Positions 10,846-19,813 of a stretch of 64,000 nt of DNA are shown one piece after another. The stretch lies in the NCBI GenBank assembly GCA_963719085.1, contig CAVRAL010000004.1:1120001-1184000 (forward strand). Reading direction: 5' to 3'. The notes beneath the pieces were generated by a model. It searched no databases and was not told where the DNA came from. It worked only from the letters and a program-made list of their open reading frames with translations. A program made the translations under genes and the position numbers. Position 1 is the stretch's first letter. Each line of letters begins with the position of its first letter. The stretch is from a candidate division FCPU426 bacterium (GTDB lineage: Bacteria; Oederibacteriota; Muellerivitia; Muellerivitales; Muellerivitaceae).

Positions 10846-10928
10846 TTTACAATGATAAACGCGGATGAACGCGGATGGTTTAAAACCAACTTGTTTTATC
10901 GGCGTTTATCCGCGTTCATCATTGTAAA
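10846..10928. repeat. Palindromic repeat, ACAATGAT family without the cassette
   Basis: TTTACAATGATAAACGCGGATGAACGCGGAT ... ATCGGCGTTTATCCGCGTTCATCATTGTAAA; arms have ~9-nt periodicity. Confidence 0.8.
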
Positions 10929-10951
10929 TTTCAGTTTTTGAAAGGTTTTTC

Positions 10952-12106
10952 TTGAAAATCGCGCTCGTCACCGACACCTACTATCCCCGCATCAACGGGG
11001 TCTCGGCTTCCACGCAAATTTTCGCCGAGGAATTCGGCAAACTGGGTCATGAAGTCCACATCTACGCCCCGGCTTTTCCTAACGCCGCCGACGATAGCGA
11101 AAATTACAAGGTTTTCCGCTTTCCTTCCTTGTACCTTTTCTTCGATCCAGAAGACCGCTTGCCCATGCCGGGCCGCGACAAGAAGCTGGTTCAGTTCTTC
11201 AAGGACCAAAAATACGACATCGTGCATACCCAGACGCCCTTTTCCCTCGGGGGGCCGGCGGTGAAGTGGGCGAGGGAAACCGGCGCTAAGGTCGTGCATA
11301 CCTACCACACGCTTTTCGCGGCCTATACCGAGCATTACCTTTGGTTCATCCCCAAGGCTTGGGGCATCGCCTACGCCAAGTCCGCCAGCCGAAAGTATTG
11401 CGATTCCTGCGACCTGGTCATCACGCCCTCCACTGCCATGCGCGGCGCGCTTCAAAGCTACAATGTGAAGGCGCCCATTGAGGTCATCCCGACCGGCATC
11501 CGGCTGGCTCGCTTCCAGGGCCGGGACTCCAAACGTTACCGGGAACTCAAGGGCTACCAGCCCCAGGACAAATTGCTGCTCTTCATGGGACGGGTAGCCG
11601 AGGAAAAGAACATCGATTTCCTTTTGAATGTCATCAACGGCCTGAGGCCTGAAATCCCGAAAATTCAATTCCTCATCGCCGGTGAAGGGCCCGCCAAAAA
11701 GCGTCTGGAAAAGATGGTCGCCGATTTGAATATGGGCGATTGCGTGCATTTCGCCGGCTATTTAAGTAAGGAAGATTGGCGCGATTGCTACGCCGGGTCC
11801 GACTTGTTTGTTTTCGCTTCCATCACGGAGACCCAAGGGCTGGTCGTCACCGAGGCGATGGCGGCGGAAACCCCCGTCGTGGCCGTGGGCGAGATGGGCA
11901 TTAAAGACGTGATGGCTTCCGGCAAGGGCGGCGTCATGACCAAGCTGGATGAGAAGGAATTCTCCGCCGCGGTCAAACGCATGCTGACGGATGACCCGTT
12001 TTACCAGGAAAAGAAATCCGAAACCCTGGCGGAAGCGGATAAATGGTCCTCCACCTCGATGGCCAAGCGCATGCTGGAAGCCTATGGCCGGATTTTAAAA
12101 AGTTAA
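10952..12106 (+). CDS. Glycosyltransferase family 4 (diacylglycerol glucosyltransferase-like)
   Basis: TDTYYPRINGVS, VHTYHT, GRVAEEKN, FASITETQGLVVTEAMA; TTG start. Confidence 0.9.
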   Translation: MKIALVTDTYYPRINGVSASTQIFAEEFGKLGHEVHIYAPAFPNAADDSENYKVFRFPSLYLFFDPEDRLPMPGRDKKLVQFFKDQKYDIVHTQTPFSLGGPAVKWARETGAKVVHTYHTLFAAYTEHYLWFIPKAWGIAYAKSASRKYCDSCDLVITPSTAMRGALQSYNVKAPIEVIPTGIRLARFQGRDSKRYRELKGYQPQDKLLLFMGRVAEEKNIDFLLNVINGLRPEIPKIQFLIAGEGPAKKRLEKMVADLNMGDCVHFAGYLSKEDWRDCYAGSDLFVFASITETQGLVVTEAMAAETPVVAVGEMGIKDVMASGKGGVMTKLDEKEFSAAVKRMLTDDPFYQEKKSETLAEADKWSSTSMAKRMLEAYGRILKS

Positions 12107-12121
12107 AGAAAAACAGTTTTT

Positions 12122-12296
12122 GCCGCCAAGACGCTCCCGGCGGCCTAGAATGAGGCCAATCGGCCGGGACCTATCGCCTTCGCTATAATGTTTGATTTGA
12201 GAGCGATGCAAGTCCGCCAAGAACGACGAAAGATCATCATGTCAAAATTTCTTATTTCTTTATGCCTTTTTTGGCGAACTTGGCGTCTTGGCGGTG
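12122..12296. repeat. Composite palindromic repeat (CGCCAAG family) with two-hairpin cassette in left arm
   Basis: GCCGCCAAGACG[TCCCGG..CCGGGA][TCGC..GCGA]..CCGCCAAG ... TTGGCGAACTTGGCGTCTTGGCGGTG. Confidence 0.7.
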
Positions 12297-13111
12297 AAAT
12301 AGGAGTTGTTTTGCTTTTTGTTTTTTCTTTCCCTGTTTTCGCTCAAACTTCCAACCCGCGAGAAACTTGGTCTGTCCTGCCCGCCGAGCCCCTATTCGCG
12401 CCCCTTATCGCGGATCCCCGGGAGCCCCACACTTCCATCACCGCCTATGGCAACGAGAATGACTTTGAGGGCGCGGTGGGAACCATGGTGGAGTTGGTCC
12501 GCTATAAGCCCATGGATGACACCGAGTGGGGTTGGGGACTTTTTGGGGCGGGTTATATCCTCTTAAGCGAGAACGGCGCCACCTTTCCCATGCAGGCCGG
12601 GGATTGGTACGCGGGCACCTATGTCAGCGAAAAAAGCGGGCCTTTTTCCTTTCGGTTGGAATTCGAGCACCAAAGCGCCCACTTGGGAGACGCCTTTGAC
12701 GGAAGCGCTACGGTCACGCCCATCTTTTACAGCCGGGAAAATTTCAACTTAAGCGCCTCTTATGACGCGGCCTCTTGGCTGCGGTTTTACGCCAATTTGG
12801 GGATTTGGGAAAACATCGCCCCGCCGGATAAACTTTTTTTCTGTTCTTTAGGGACGGAAATTTACACGCCGACCTTTTCATTTTTAGGCGCGGCCTTAAG
12901 GGGTTATGGCACCTATAACTTGAAACACAAAGAGGAGGCCGGCGGCGTCAATAACCAAACCATCCAGCTGGGACTTCAGCTGAAAGCCCATGAAGGCGAC
13001 CGGTCTTCGGTGCGCTTGGCCTTGGTTTACTACAACGGCAACGCGGAGTTCGGCCAGTTTTATCTCCAACATGACGAGCATTGGGGAACGGCGGTGTATT
13101 TTGATCCCTAA
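12239..13111 (+). CDS. DUF1207-like exported protein, copy 1 (probable outer-membrane beta-barrel)
   Basis: Signal-like N-terminus; LFAPLIADPREP, HQSAHLGD, YSRE, FGQFY, C-terminal YFDP; start uncertain. Confidence 0.7.
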   Translation: MSKFLISLCLFWRTWRLGGEIGVVLLFVFSFPVFAQTSNPRETWSVLPAEPLFAPLIADPREPHTSITAYGNENDFEGAVGTMVELVRYKPMDDTEWGWGLFGAGYILLSENGATFPMQAGDWYAGTYVSEKSGPFSFRLEFEHQSAHLGDAFDGSATVTPIFYSRENFNLSASYDAASWLRFYANLGIWENIAPPDKLFFCSLGTEIYTPTFSFLGAALRGYGTYNLKHKEEAGGVNNQTIQLGLQLKAHEGDRSSVRLALVYYNGNAEFGQFYLQHDEHWGTAVYFDP

Positions 13112-13128
13112 CCACGGCCAAGACTTTT

Positions 13129-13227
13129 TCACCACCAAGGCACCAAGACACCAAGAGAGATATAAGAAGAAAATTAAATTCTTTTTGATTTTTTGCCGTC
13201 CTTGGTGTCTTGGTGCCTTGGCGGTGA
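13129..13227. repeat. Palindromic repeat, CACCAAG family
   Basis: TCACCACCAAGGCACCAAGACACCAAG ... CTTGGTGTCTTGGTGCCTTGGCGGTGA. Confidence 0.85.
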
Positions 13228-14009
13228 TATTGGGTTTTCCTTGGGCCGCGGGGGCTCAAGAAACACCCCAATGGGTTTTGCTCCCGTCCCAATTGGTCTT
13301 TCGGCCGCTCATCGCCGATCCCCGGGAAATTCATGACAGCGTTTCGGCCAACGGCGCCTGGGATACCTATGAGGGGGACATCGGCGACATCATCGAGCTT
13401 CTTCAATGGCGTCCCTTGGATGGAAGCCGCTGGGCTTGGGGCATTGAGGGCGCCAGCGATATCCAATTGGACGGCTTGGGAAACGGCGTTTTTCCTGAGC
13501 GGGTCAGCGATTGGTATTTGGGAACTTATTTCAGCGAATCCTTAGGGGCGTTTTCCCACCGCCTGGAATACCTGCATGTGAGCTCGCATTTAGGGGACTC
13601 GCTTTTTCCCGATCCGCGCATCATCTTCACCCGGGAAAGCTTCCGTTGGACCACCTCTTTTGATCCTTCCCGTCAATTCCGGGTCTACGCCGGCGCCGGT
13701 TATTACCCCCACATGGCGCCGGATGACCAGCGCTTTTACGCCCATTGGGGCGCGGAGCTTTACAGCGAGGATTGGCCCCTGAGGGGAACCGTGGTTCGCG
13801 GCTATTTGGGCTACGACGGAAAATACCTGCGGGAAGCCGGGGGTGTTTTGGACCAGAATTTCGAGTTGGGCGTCCAATGGAAATGGACCCAGGATTCCAC
13901 CCGGGCGATCCGTGTGGCGGTTTCCTACTACGCCGGAAATTCGGACTTCGGACAATTCTACCGCCAAAGCGACAACCACTGGGCCTGGGGCGTTTATTTC
14001 GATCCCTAA
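13185..14009 (+). CDS. DUF1207-like exported protein, copy 2 (tandem paralog)
   Basis: VFRPLIADPREI, HVSSHLGD, FTRE, FGQFY, YFDP; start TTG 13185 or TTG 13101. Confidence 0.7.
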   Translation: MIFCRPWCLGALAVILGFPWAAGAQETPQWVLLPSQLVFRPLIADPREIHDSVSANGAWDTYEGDIGDIIELLQWRPLDGSRWAWGIEGASDIQLDGLGNGVFPERVSDWYLGTYFSESLGAFSHRLEYLHVSSHLGDSLFPDPRIIFTRESFRWTTSFDPSRQFRVYAGAGYYPHMAPDDQRFYAHWGAELYSEDWPLRGTVVRGYLGYDGKYLREAGGVLDQNFELGVQWKWTQDSTRAIRVAVSYYAGNSDFGQFYRQSDNHWAWGVYFDP

Positions 14010-14093
14010 AAGGTCCTATTTTTCGCAGGCGGAATCGGCATTTTTTATGGAATAAGGGTATGGGTTCCTTCACTAGGTTAGTGGAGGACAATT

Positions 14094-15167
14094 ATGAAAA
14101 ACCCACGACGCTTATCGGTTTTGCTTATCTTTGCCGGACTGATTACGCTTCCTTGGGGTTGCATGAAGAGCTTTAGCTCTTTACCCGCCGCGCCCGGGTC
14201 GGCTCCACCGACCCCTACTGAGACATTTCAATTTAGTCCCACGAGCACCTCAACCGCCAATCCGGCTTTTACTTTCACCAATACCCCGACCATCACTAAT
14301 AGCCCGACTCCCAGTTTTACCCCGGCCAGCACGCCGACCTTGGTGGATATTAATTTCACCTCGGGCGTGACGGTTTTGCCGACAGGGGCCTATCAATTTG
14401 GAAACGTTCATTTGGGGGCGGGAGCTGTCGTCACCATCGCGGGAGCGGTCACGGTTCTTTGCAAGTCTTTCACCTTGGACGCGGGAGCGACCGTAACCGG
14501 CGCGGGCCAGGGATATTGGGGAACGGATTACCTTCCCTTGACGATAACCTGGATTGGCCCCGGACCTGGTTGGGGAGCATCGTCTCCGTGGCCTAGCAGT
14601 GACCTTTGGTTTTTATGTGGAGGCGGCGGCCACGGCGGCGCGGGAGGAACGGACTGCGATTCCCAAGGAAACTGTGTTTCAGGCGGGAAAGCAAACGACG
14701 ATCTTATCCATCCTTCGTTGATGGGGAGTGGAGGGGCTCAAGACTCGCTTAATTCCAAGTTGGCGCCGCCATGCTCAGCCGGCGGCGGCCTCTTGGTTCT
14801 GGTGGCTTATGACGCCGTGTCGAATCAGGTTCAACCGGTTACGATAAATGGAACTGTCGACATGAGCGGGGGAAAAGGATGCGGCACCGATTTCAATGGA
14901 GGCGATGCCGGAGGCGCGGGAGGCGGGATTTTAATCGAGGCCAGTTCGGTCCAAGGAAACGGATATTTAAATGCCAACGGGGGGAACGATGGGCAAATTA
15001 ATGGCGGCGGAGGCGGTGGCGGCATTATATCCTTGATCGAGAAAGTGCCTTCTTTTGCCGGAACCACTTCGGTTTTGGGCGGAAACTATGTTCCTGGCTA
15101 TGTCTCCCCAAATACAGGTGAAACCGGAAGTGTGACCGTCACGGCGGCGCCTTCCAGCGGGTATTAG
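14094..15167 (+). CDS. Predicted lipoprotein with Pro/Thr linker and glycine-rich domain
   Basis: GGAGG SD; MKNPRR + hydrophobic stretch + LPWGC lipobox-like; TPT tract; GGGGHGGAGG/GGAGGG repeats. Confidence 0.7.
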   Translation: MKNPRRLSVLLIFAGLITLPWGCMKSFSSLPAAPGSAPPTPTETFQFSPTSTSTANPAFTFTNTPTITNSPTPSFTPASTPTLVDINFTSGVTVLPTGAYQFGNVHLGAGAVVTIAGAVTVLCKSFTLDAGATVTGAGQGYWGTDYLPLTITWIGPGPGWGASSPWPSSDLWFLCGGGGHGGAGGTDCDSQGNCVSGGKANDDLIHPSLMGSGGAQDSLNSKLAPPCSAGGGLLVLVAYDAVSNQVQPVTINGTVDMSGGKGCGTDFNGGDAGGAGGGILIEASSVQGNGYLNANGGNDGQINGGGGGGGIISLIEKVPSFAGTTSVLGGNYVPGYVSPNTGETGSVTVTAAPSSGY

Positions 15168-15179
15168 TTCTTTCTTTTC

Positions 15180-15225
15180 AAAACAAAAACCTTCGGGAAA
15201 ATGCTCCCGAAGGTTTTTGTTTTTC
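15180..15225. terminator. Hairpin terminator (potentially bidirectional)
   Basis: AAAACAAAAACCTTCGGGA-loop-TCCCGAAGGTTTTTGTTTT. Confidence 0.75.
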
Positions 15226-15293
15226 AAGTTCTTTTAATTAAAAAACCTAAAATAAAAATCCACGAAAACGCGCGTTCCCGGGGGCCAAAAATC

Positions 15294-15321
15294 TTGACTT
15301 CTCCCCCATAGGTTGTATAGT
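15294..15321 (+). promoter_or_regulatory. Putative sigma70 promoter of polC
   Basis: TTGACT-16 nt-TATAGT. Confidence 0.5.
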
Positions 15322-15368
15322 CCGAACAAACACCACCCACTCCCCAAATTTCCCCTGGATGAGGCCGC

Positions 15369-18300
15369 ATGACTCCGATCGGGACACAGTCCAACCCTGA
15401 AACCGAAGCCCCCGCTTCCCCTTTTTATGATTTACTCCAGCAAATCCCCTTGCAATGCCACGAAAAAGAACGGTTCCTTGAATCCGAGATTTTAAGCGTT
15501 CAAATCGACCCGAACCGCCAGCTGGTCTGGATGAAGCTGAAGATGCCGGCCATGGTGGGCGCGGAGTGTTTTGAGGGCCTGGCTTTGGGCCTCAAAGCCA
15601 CCTTGCCGGACGTGGCCAAGGTGATCCTGGATGTCCATTATCCGGCCGGCATTCTGGGCACCGCGGACTACTTGGCCCTTCACGGTAAAAATTTAGTGGC
15701 CGCTTTAATCGAGGAAGGGGACATCGCGGAGGGCTGGTTCGCCCATTGCCGGTTGGTCATGGAAAGTGAAAGCCTGGTTTTGCAGGTTCCCCATGAGTTG
15801 GCCCAACAGCAAATGGAACGCAAACAAGCCGCCAAGTTCCTTTCCGAAATGATGAAGGTGCGCTGCGGCGTGGAAGCGGCCGTCCGCGTGGAAACCCAAG
15901 CGTCCCTGCGGCCTGAGATTACCCCGGAGATGCTCGAGGCCGCCGCCGAGAAACCCAAGGAAGCGGCCAAGCTGACCGAGCCCGTTTCCATCCTGGGCCG
16001 CGCCATCGCCGCCGAGCCCCAATCCATGAACGTCCAGGACGAGCAGAATAGTTTTGTGGCCGAGGGCGAGATCATTATGTTCGAGACCTTCCAAACCCGA
16101 AGCGGCCGCCACCTGGTGAAACTGACCATCACGGATTACGTTGATTCTCTCGATGTCCGCTTTTTCCACGAGGGCGACGGCAAGTTCAAGGGCGGCTTGA
16201 AAGAGCGCGACTGGGTGCGGGTACGGGGCGATTTGCGGTTCGATAAATACGCGGCGGATGATTTAACCATGACGGCCCGCGACATCATGAAGGTGCCGCC
16301 CCCCGAATCGCGCCAGGACCGCGCCGTTGAAAAAAGGGTCGAGCTTCACTGCCACACCCAAATGAGCCGCATGGACGGACTTTCCAAAATCGACCGCCTG
16401 ATTGAGCGGGCCGCCAAGTGGGGCCACCCCGCCATCGCCATCACGGACCACGGCGTGGTGCAGGCTTACCCCGAAGCCCGGGCCGCCGCCAAAAAGCACG
16501 GCATCAAACTGATCCTGGGCATCGAAGGCTACCTGGTGGATGAGTTTAAACGGGAAAAGGGAATGCCCATTTACCACATCATCATCCTGGTCAAGAACAA
16601 GGCGGGCCTGAAGAACCTCTACAAATTGGTTTCGGAAAGCCATCTGCATTATTTTTACAAACGGCCGCTCATCCCTAAAGAACTGCTCGAAAAACACCGG
16701 GAAGGACTCATCATCGGCTCGGCCTGTGAGCAAGGCGAAATTTGGCAGCACCTTCTTAAAAAAGACAAGCCGCTGGAAGAAGTGGCGGCCTTTTATGATT
16801 ACGTCGAGATCCAGCCCTGCGGCAACAACGAGTTTATGATCGCGGACGGCGCGGTGAAGGATATGGCGGAGCTTCAGGCCTTGACCAAACAGCTTTACGA
16901 TTTGGGCAAAAGCATGGGCAAGATGGTTTTGGCCACCGGCGACTCGCACTTTTTGGAGCCCCGGGACGAGGTTTACCGCCGGATCATCCACGCGGGCATG
17001 GGCTATGGCGTGGAGCGCCAAGCGCCGCTTTATTTCAAAACCACCGATGAGCTTAAACGGGATTTTGAGTATTTCACCCCTGAGATCGTCCATGAATTGG
17101 TGGTGACCAATCCCAATAAAATCGCCGCCATGGTGGAGGATGTGGAACCCCTGCCCACCGAAACCCTGAGCCCCCATTGGGACGGGGCGGATGATTTGCT
17201 ACGAAAGACCGCCACCGACCAAGCCAAGGCGCTCTATGGCGACGCCTTGCCCGATTTCATCGAGAAGCGGCTCACCAAAGAACTCGACGCCATCATCAAC
17301 AATAAGTTTTCCACCTTGTATGTGATCGCCATGAAACTGGTGAAAAAGTCCATCTCGGACGGCTATCTGGTCGGAAGCCGGGGAAGCGTGGGAAGTTCTT
17401 TCGTGGCCTATTTATGCGGTATTACCGAGGTCAATCCCTTGCCGCCCCACTGGCGCTGTCCGGAGGGTCATTTTCACGAGTTCCCCGAAAATCCCGGCTC
17501 TTCCGCCGGCGTGGATATGCCCGAGAAAAAATGCCCCAAGTGCGGCATGCCCACCATCCGGGACGGCTTTTCCATCGCCTTCGAGGTTTTCATGGGCTTC
17601 AAGGGCGATAAGATGCCGGACATCGACTTGAATTTTTCCGGCGAGTACCAGCATGTGGCGCACAAATACGTGGAAGAGCTTTTCGGCAAGGAACATTGTT
17701 TCCGAGCCGGCACCATCTCGGCGGTGAAGGATAAGATCGCCTTCGGCTTTGTGAAAAAATTTGTCGAGGAAGTGGGGCGCAAACCCCGCAACGCGGAGCT
17801 CAACCGGCTGGTGAAGGGCTGCTCAGGCGTGTCCAAGACCACCGGCCAGCATCCGGGCGGCATCGTCATACTTCCTAAGCACATGGAAATTACCGACGTC
17901 TGTCCCGTTCAATACCCGGCGGACAACAAAGACGGCGACGTCATCACCACCCATTTTGACTATGACAGCATGCATGACTGCCTGGTCAAGCTCGACATCC
18001 TGGGCCATGACAATCCGACCAGCTTGAAGCGTTTGCAAACCATGACCGGGGTGTCGCCGGTCCACATTCCGCTCAACGATCCGGATACCATGAGTCTTTT
18101 TTCCGGGGTAGGCGCTTTGAAGCTGAAAGAAAAAATGGATTTTGATTTAGGAAGCTTAGGCATCCCCGAGTTCGGCACTTCCTTCGCCATGGACATGCTC
18201 CGGGATACCAAGCCCACCAAGTTCGAGCATTTGGCCCGATTGTCCGGTTTGGCGCATGGCACCGATGTGTGGCTGGGCAACGCGCAGGATTTAATTAAAA

Positions 18301-19043
18301 AAGGCACCGCCAACCTGTCGACCGTCATCTCCACCCGCGATGACATGTTGAACGACCTGGTGGCCCAAAAGATGGATGAGGCCTTGTCCTTCAAAATCAT
18401 GGAGTCGGTCCGCAAGGGCAAGGGGCTGACGCCGGAGTTTGAAAAGGCCTTGGCGGAAGCCAAGATTCCCACCTGGTACGTGGACAGCTGCCGCAAGATT
18501 AAGTACATCTTTCCCAAGGCCCATGCCGTGGCCTATTGCATCATGAGTTTCCGCATCGCTTATTTTAAAGTGCATTATCCCTTGGCCTTCTACGCCGATT
18601 ATTTCACCAACAAGTCCTCGGGCTTTGACGCCACCGTGGCCTGCGGGGGCTTGGGCAAGGTGAAGGAACACATTAAAAACGTGAAGGCCATGGAAAAGCC
18701 GACCAACAAAGAACTGGATGAAGTGTCGGTTTTGGAAGTGGCGGCCGAGATGTACGCCCGCGGGTTCAAGTTCTTGCCGGTGGATCTTTATACTTCCAAC
18801 ACCCATCAATTCAAGATCGAGAAGGCCAATGGCGAGGATTGCCTGCGGCCGCCCCTGATTGGGTTGCCGGGCCTGGGCGAAACGGCGGCGGAGTCCATTG
18901 TGGAAGAGCGCGCGAAGGGCGAGTTTACTTCGATTGAGGATTTGGTCGAGCGCTGCGGCATCAACAAGAACGTCATCGAGATCCTCAAGGGCCACGGCTG
19001 TCTGGGCGAGATGCCCGACTCCCAGCAAGTTTCGCTCTTCTAG
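15369..19043 (+). CDS. polC: PolC-type DNA polymerase III alpha subunit lacking the inserted 3'-5' exonuclease domain
   Basis: PolC N-terminal region and OB fold before PHP (RVELHCHT); GSRGSVGSS; Zn finger CPEG..CPKCG; KMPDIDLNFSGEYQ; TTGQHPGG; LDILGHD; FPKAHA; C-terminal clamp-binding QVSLF. Confidence 0.95.
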   Translation: MTPIGTQSNPETEAPASPFYDLLQQIPLQCHEKERFLESEILSVQIDPNRQLVWMKLKMPAMVGAECFEGLALGLKATLPDVAKVILDVHYPAGILGTADYLALHGKNLVAALIEEGDIAEGWFAHCRLVMESESLVLQVPHELAQQQMERKQAAKFLSEMMKVRCGVEAAVRVETQASLRPEITPEMLEAAAEKPKEAAKLTEPVSILGRAIAAEPQSMNVQDEQNSFVAEGEIIMFETFQTRSGRHLVKLTITDYVDSLDVRFFHEGDGKFKGGLKERDWVRVRGDLRFDKYAADDLTMTARDIMKVPPPESRQDRAVEKRVELHCHTQMSRMDGLSKIDRLIERAAKWGHPAIAITDHGVVQAYPEARAAAKKHGIKLILGIEGYLVDEFKREKGMPIYHIIILVKNKAGLKNLYKLVSESHLHYFYKRPLIPKELLEKHREGLIIGSACEQGEIWQHLLKKDKPLEEVAAFYDYVEIQPCGNNEFMIADGAVKDMAELQALTKQLYDLGKSMGKMVLATGDSHFLEPRDEVYRRIIHAGMGYGVERQAPLYFKTTDELKRDFEYFTPEIVHELVVTNPNKIAAMVEDVEPLPTETLSPHWDGADDLLRKTATDQAKALYGDALPDFIEKRLTKELDAIINNKFSTLYVIAMKLVKKSISDGYLVGSRGSVGSSFVAYLCGITEVNPLPPHWRCPEGHFHEFPENPGSSAGVDMPEKKCPKCGMPTIRDGFSIAFEVFMGFKGDKMPDIDLNFSGEYQHVAHKYVEELFGKEHCFRAGTISAVKDKIAFGFVKKFVEEVGRKPRNAELNRLVKGCSGVSKTTGQHPGGIVILPKHMEITDVCPVQYPADNKDGDVITTHFDYDSMHDCLVKLDILGHDNPTSLKRLQTMTGVSPVHIPLNDPDTMSLFSGVGALKLKEKMDFDLGSLGIPEFGTSFAMDMLRDTKPTKFEHLARLSGLAHGTDVWLGNAQDLIKKGTANLSTVISTRDDMLNDLVAQKMDEALSFKIMESVRKGKGLTPEFEKALAEAKIPTWYVDSCRKIKYIFPKAHAVAYCIMSFRIAYFKVHYPLAFYADYFTNKSSGFDATVACGGLGKVKEHIKNVKAMEKPTNKELDEVSVLEVAAEMYARGFKFLPVDLYTSNTHQFKIEKANGEDCLRPPLIGLPGLGETAAESIVEERAKGEFTSIEDLVERCGINKNVIEILKGHGCLGEMPDSQQVSLF

Positions 19044-19172
19044 TTTTCATCACCACTATATGAAGTAGTGAAGAATCCATAAAAGCCCAATATCCAAGGC
19101 CTTCCCCGGGCTTTGGCCTTGCTATCATTAGGCCTTTTTGATAAAACATCCGTGCACATTTAAGGTTTTCCC

Positions 19173-19205
19173 AAAAAGTGGGCCCTTCCGGCCCGCTTTT
19201 TTTTT
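19173..19205 (+). promoter_or_regulatory. rimP-leader hairpin/attenuator
   Basis: AAAAAGTGGGCC-CTTCC-GGCCCGCTTTTTTTTT directly upstream of rimP, like the AGTGGG..CCCACT leaders common before rimP-nusA. Confidence 0.7.
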
Positions 19206-19258
19206 CACCTGTTTCAGGGATTGGCCTTGAGCGCGATTCGTTGATTTTGAGGTTGGAA

Positions 19259-19732
19259 ATGACCGATTCAAACCTGCCCGGTTCCTTTCAAATCCGGGAA
19301 GTGGCCGAAGTGGCGGCAAAAGACCAGTTTCTGGAGCTGTTTGATTTTTCGATGAGGACCCAGGGCAAAAATCTGGTCCTGACGGTGGTTTTGGACAAGA
19401 AAAGCGGTCCGGTCACGCTCGACGATTGCACCAGCGTCAGCCGGGACTTGGAACAAAAGCTGGACGAGCTTAATTTGATTGATCGGGCGTACCTTTTAGA
19501 GGTGTCGTCCCCGGGGCTGGATCGGCCCTTGAGAAATGCGGACGATTGTCTGAGATTTAAGGGCCGGCTGGCCCAGTTCGTGACGCTGGAGCCCTTGGAC
19601 GGCCAGAGTAGTTTTAGGGGAAGGCTTCAGGAAACCGCCGGGGACCTGGTGGAACTGGTGCTGGAAGGCGGGAAGCTGGTGCGGCTTCCATTCTCGAAGG
19701 TGAAGACGGCGCGGCTGATCGTCGAGATATAA
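19259..19732 (+). CDS. rimP: Ribosome maturation factor RimP
   Basis: VTLDDC..VSR, YLLEVSSPGLDRPL; precedes nusA; ATG 19259 with GAGG SD. Confidence 0.95.
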   Translation: MTDSNLPGSFQIREVAEVAAKDQFLELFDFSMRTQGKNLVLTVVLDKKSGPVTLDDCTSVSRDLEQKLDELNLIDRAYLLEVSSPGLDRPLRNADDCLRFKGRLAQFVTLEPLDGQSSFRGRLQETAGDLVELVLEGGKLVRLPFSKVKTARLIVEI

Positions 19733-19733
19733 G

Positions 19734-19793
19734 TTCTTAATTTTTAGTTTTGAGTTATGGAAACTTAGAACTGAAAACTTAGAACTAAAAACT
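19734..19793. repeat. 7-nt-period AT-rich palindromic repeat between rimP and nusA
   Basis: TTTTTAGTTTTGAGTT ... AACTTAG AACTGAA AACTTAG AACTAAA AACT. Confidence 0.55.
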
Positions 19794-19813
19794 GCAGCTC
19801 CTAGGGGTTGAAC

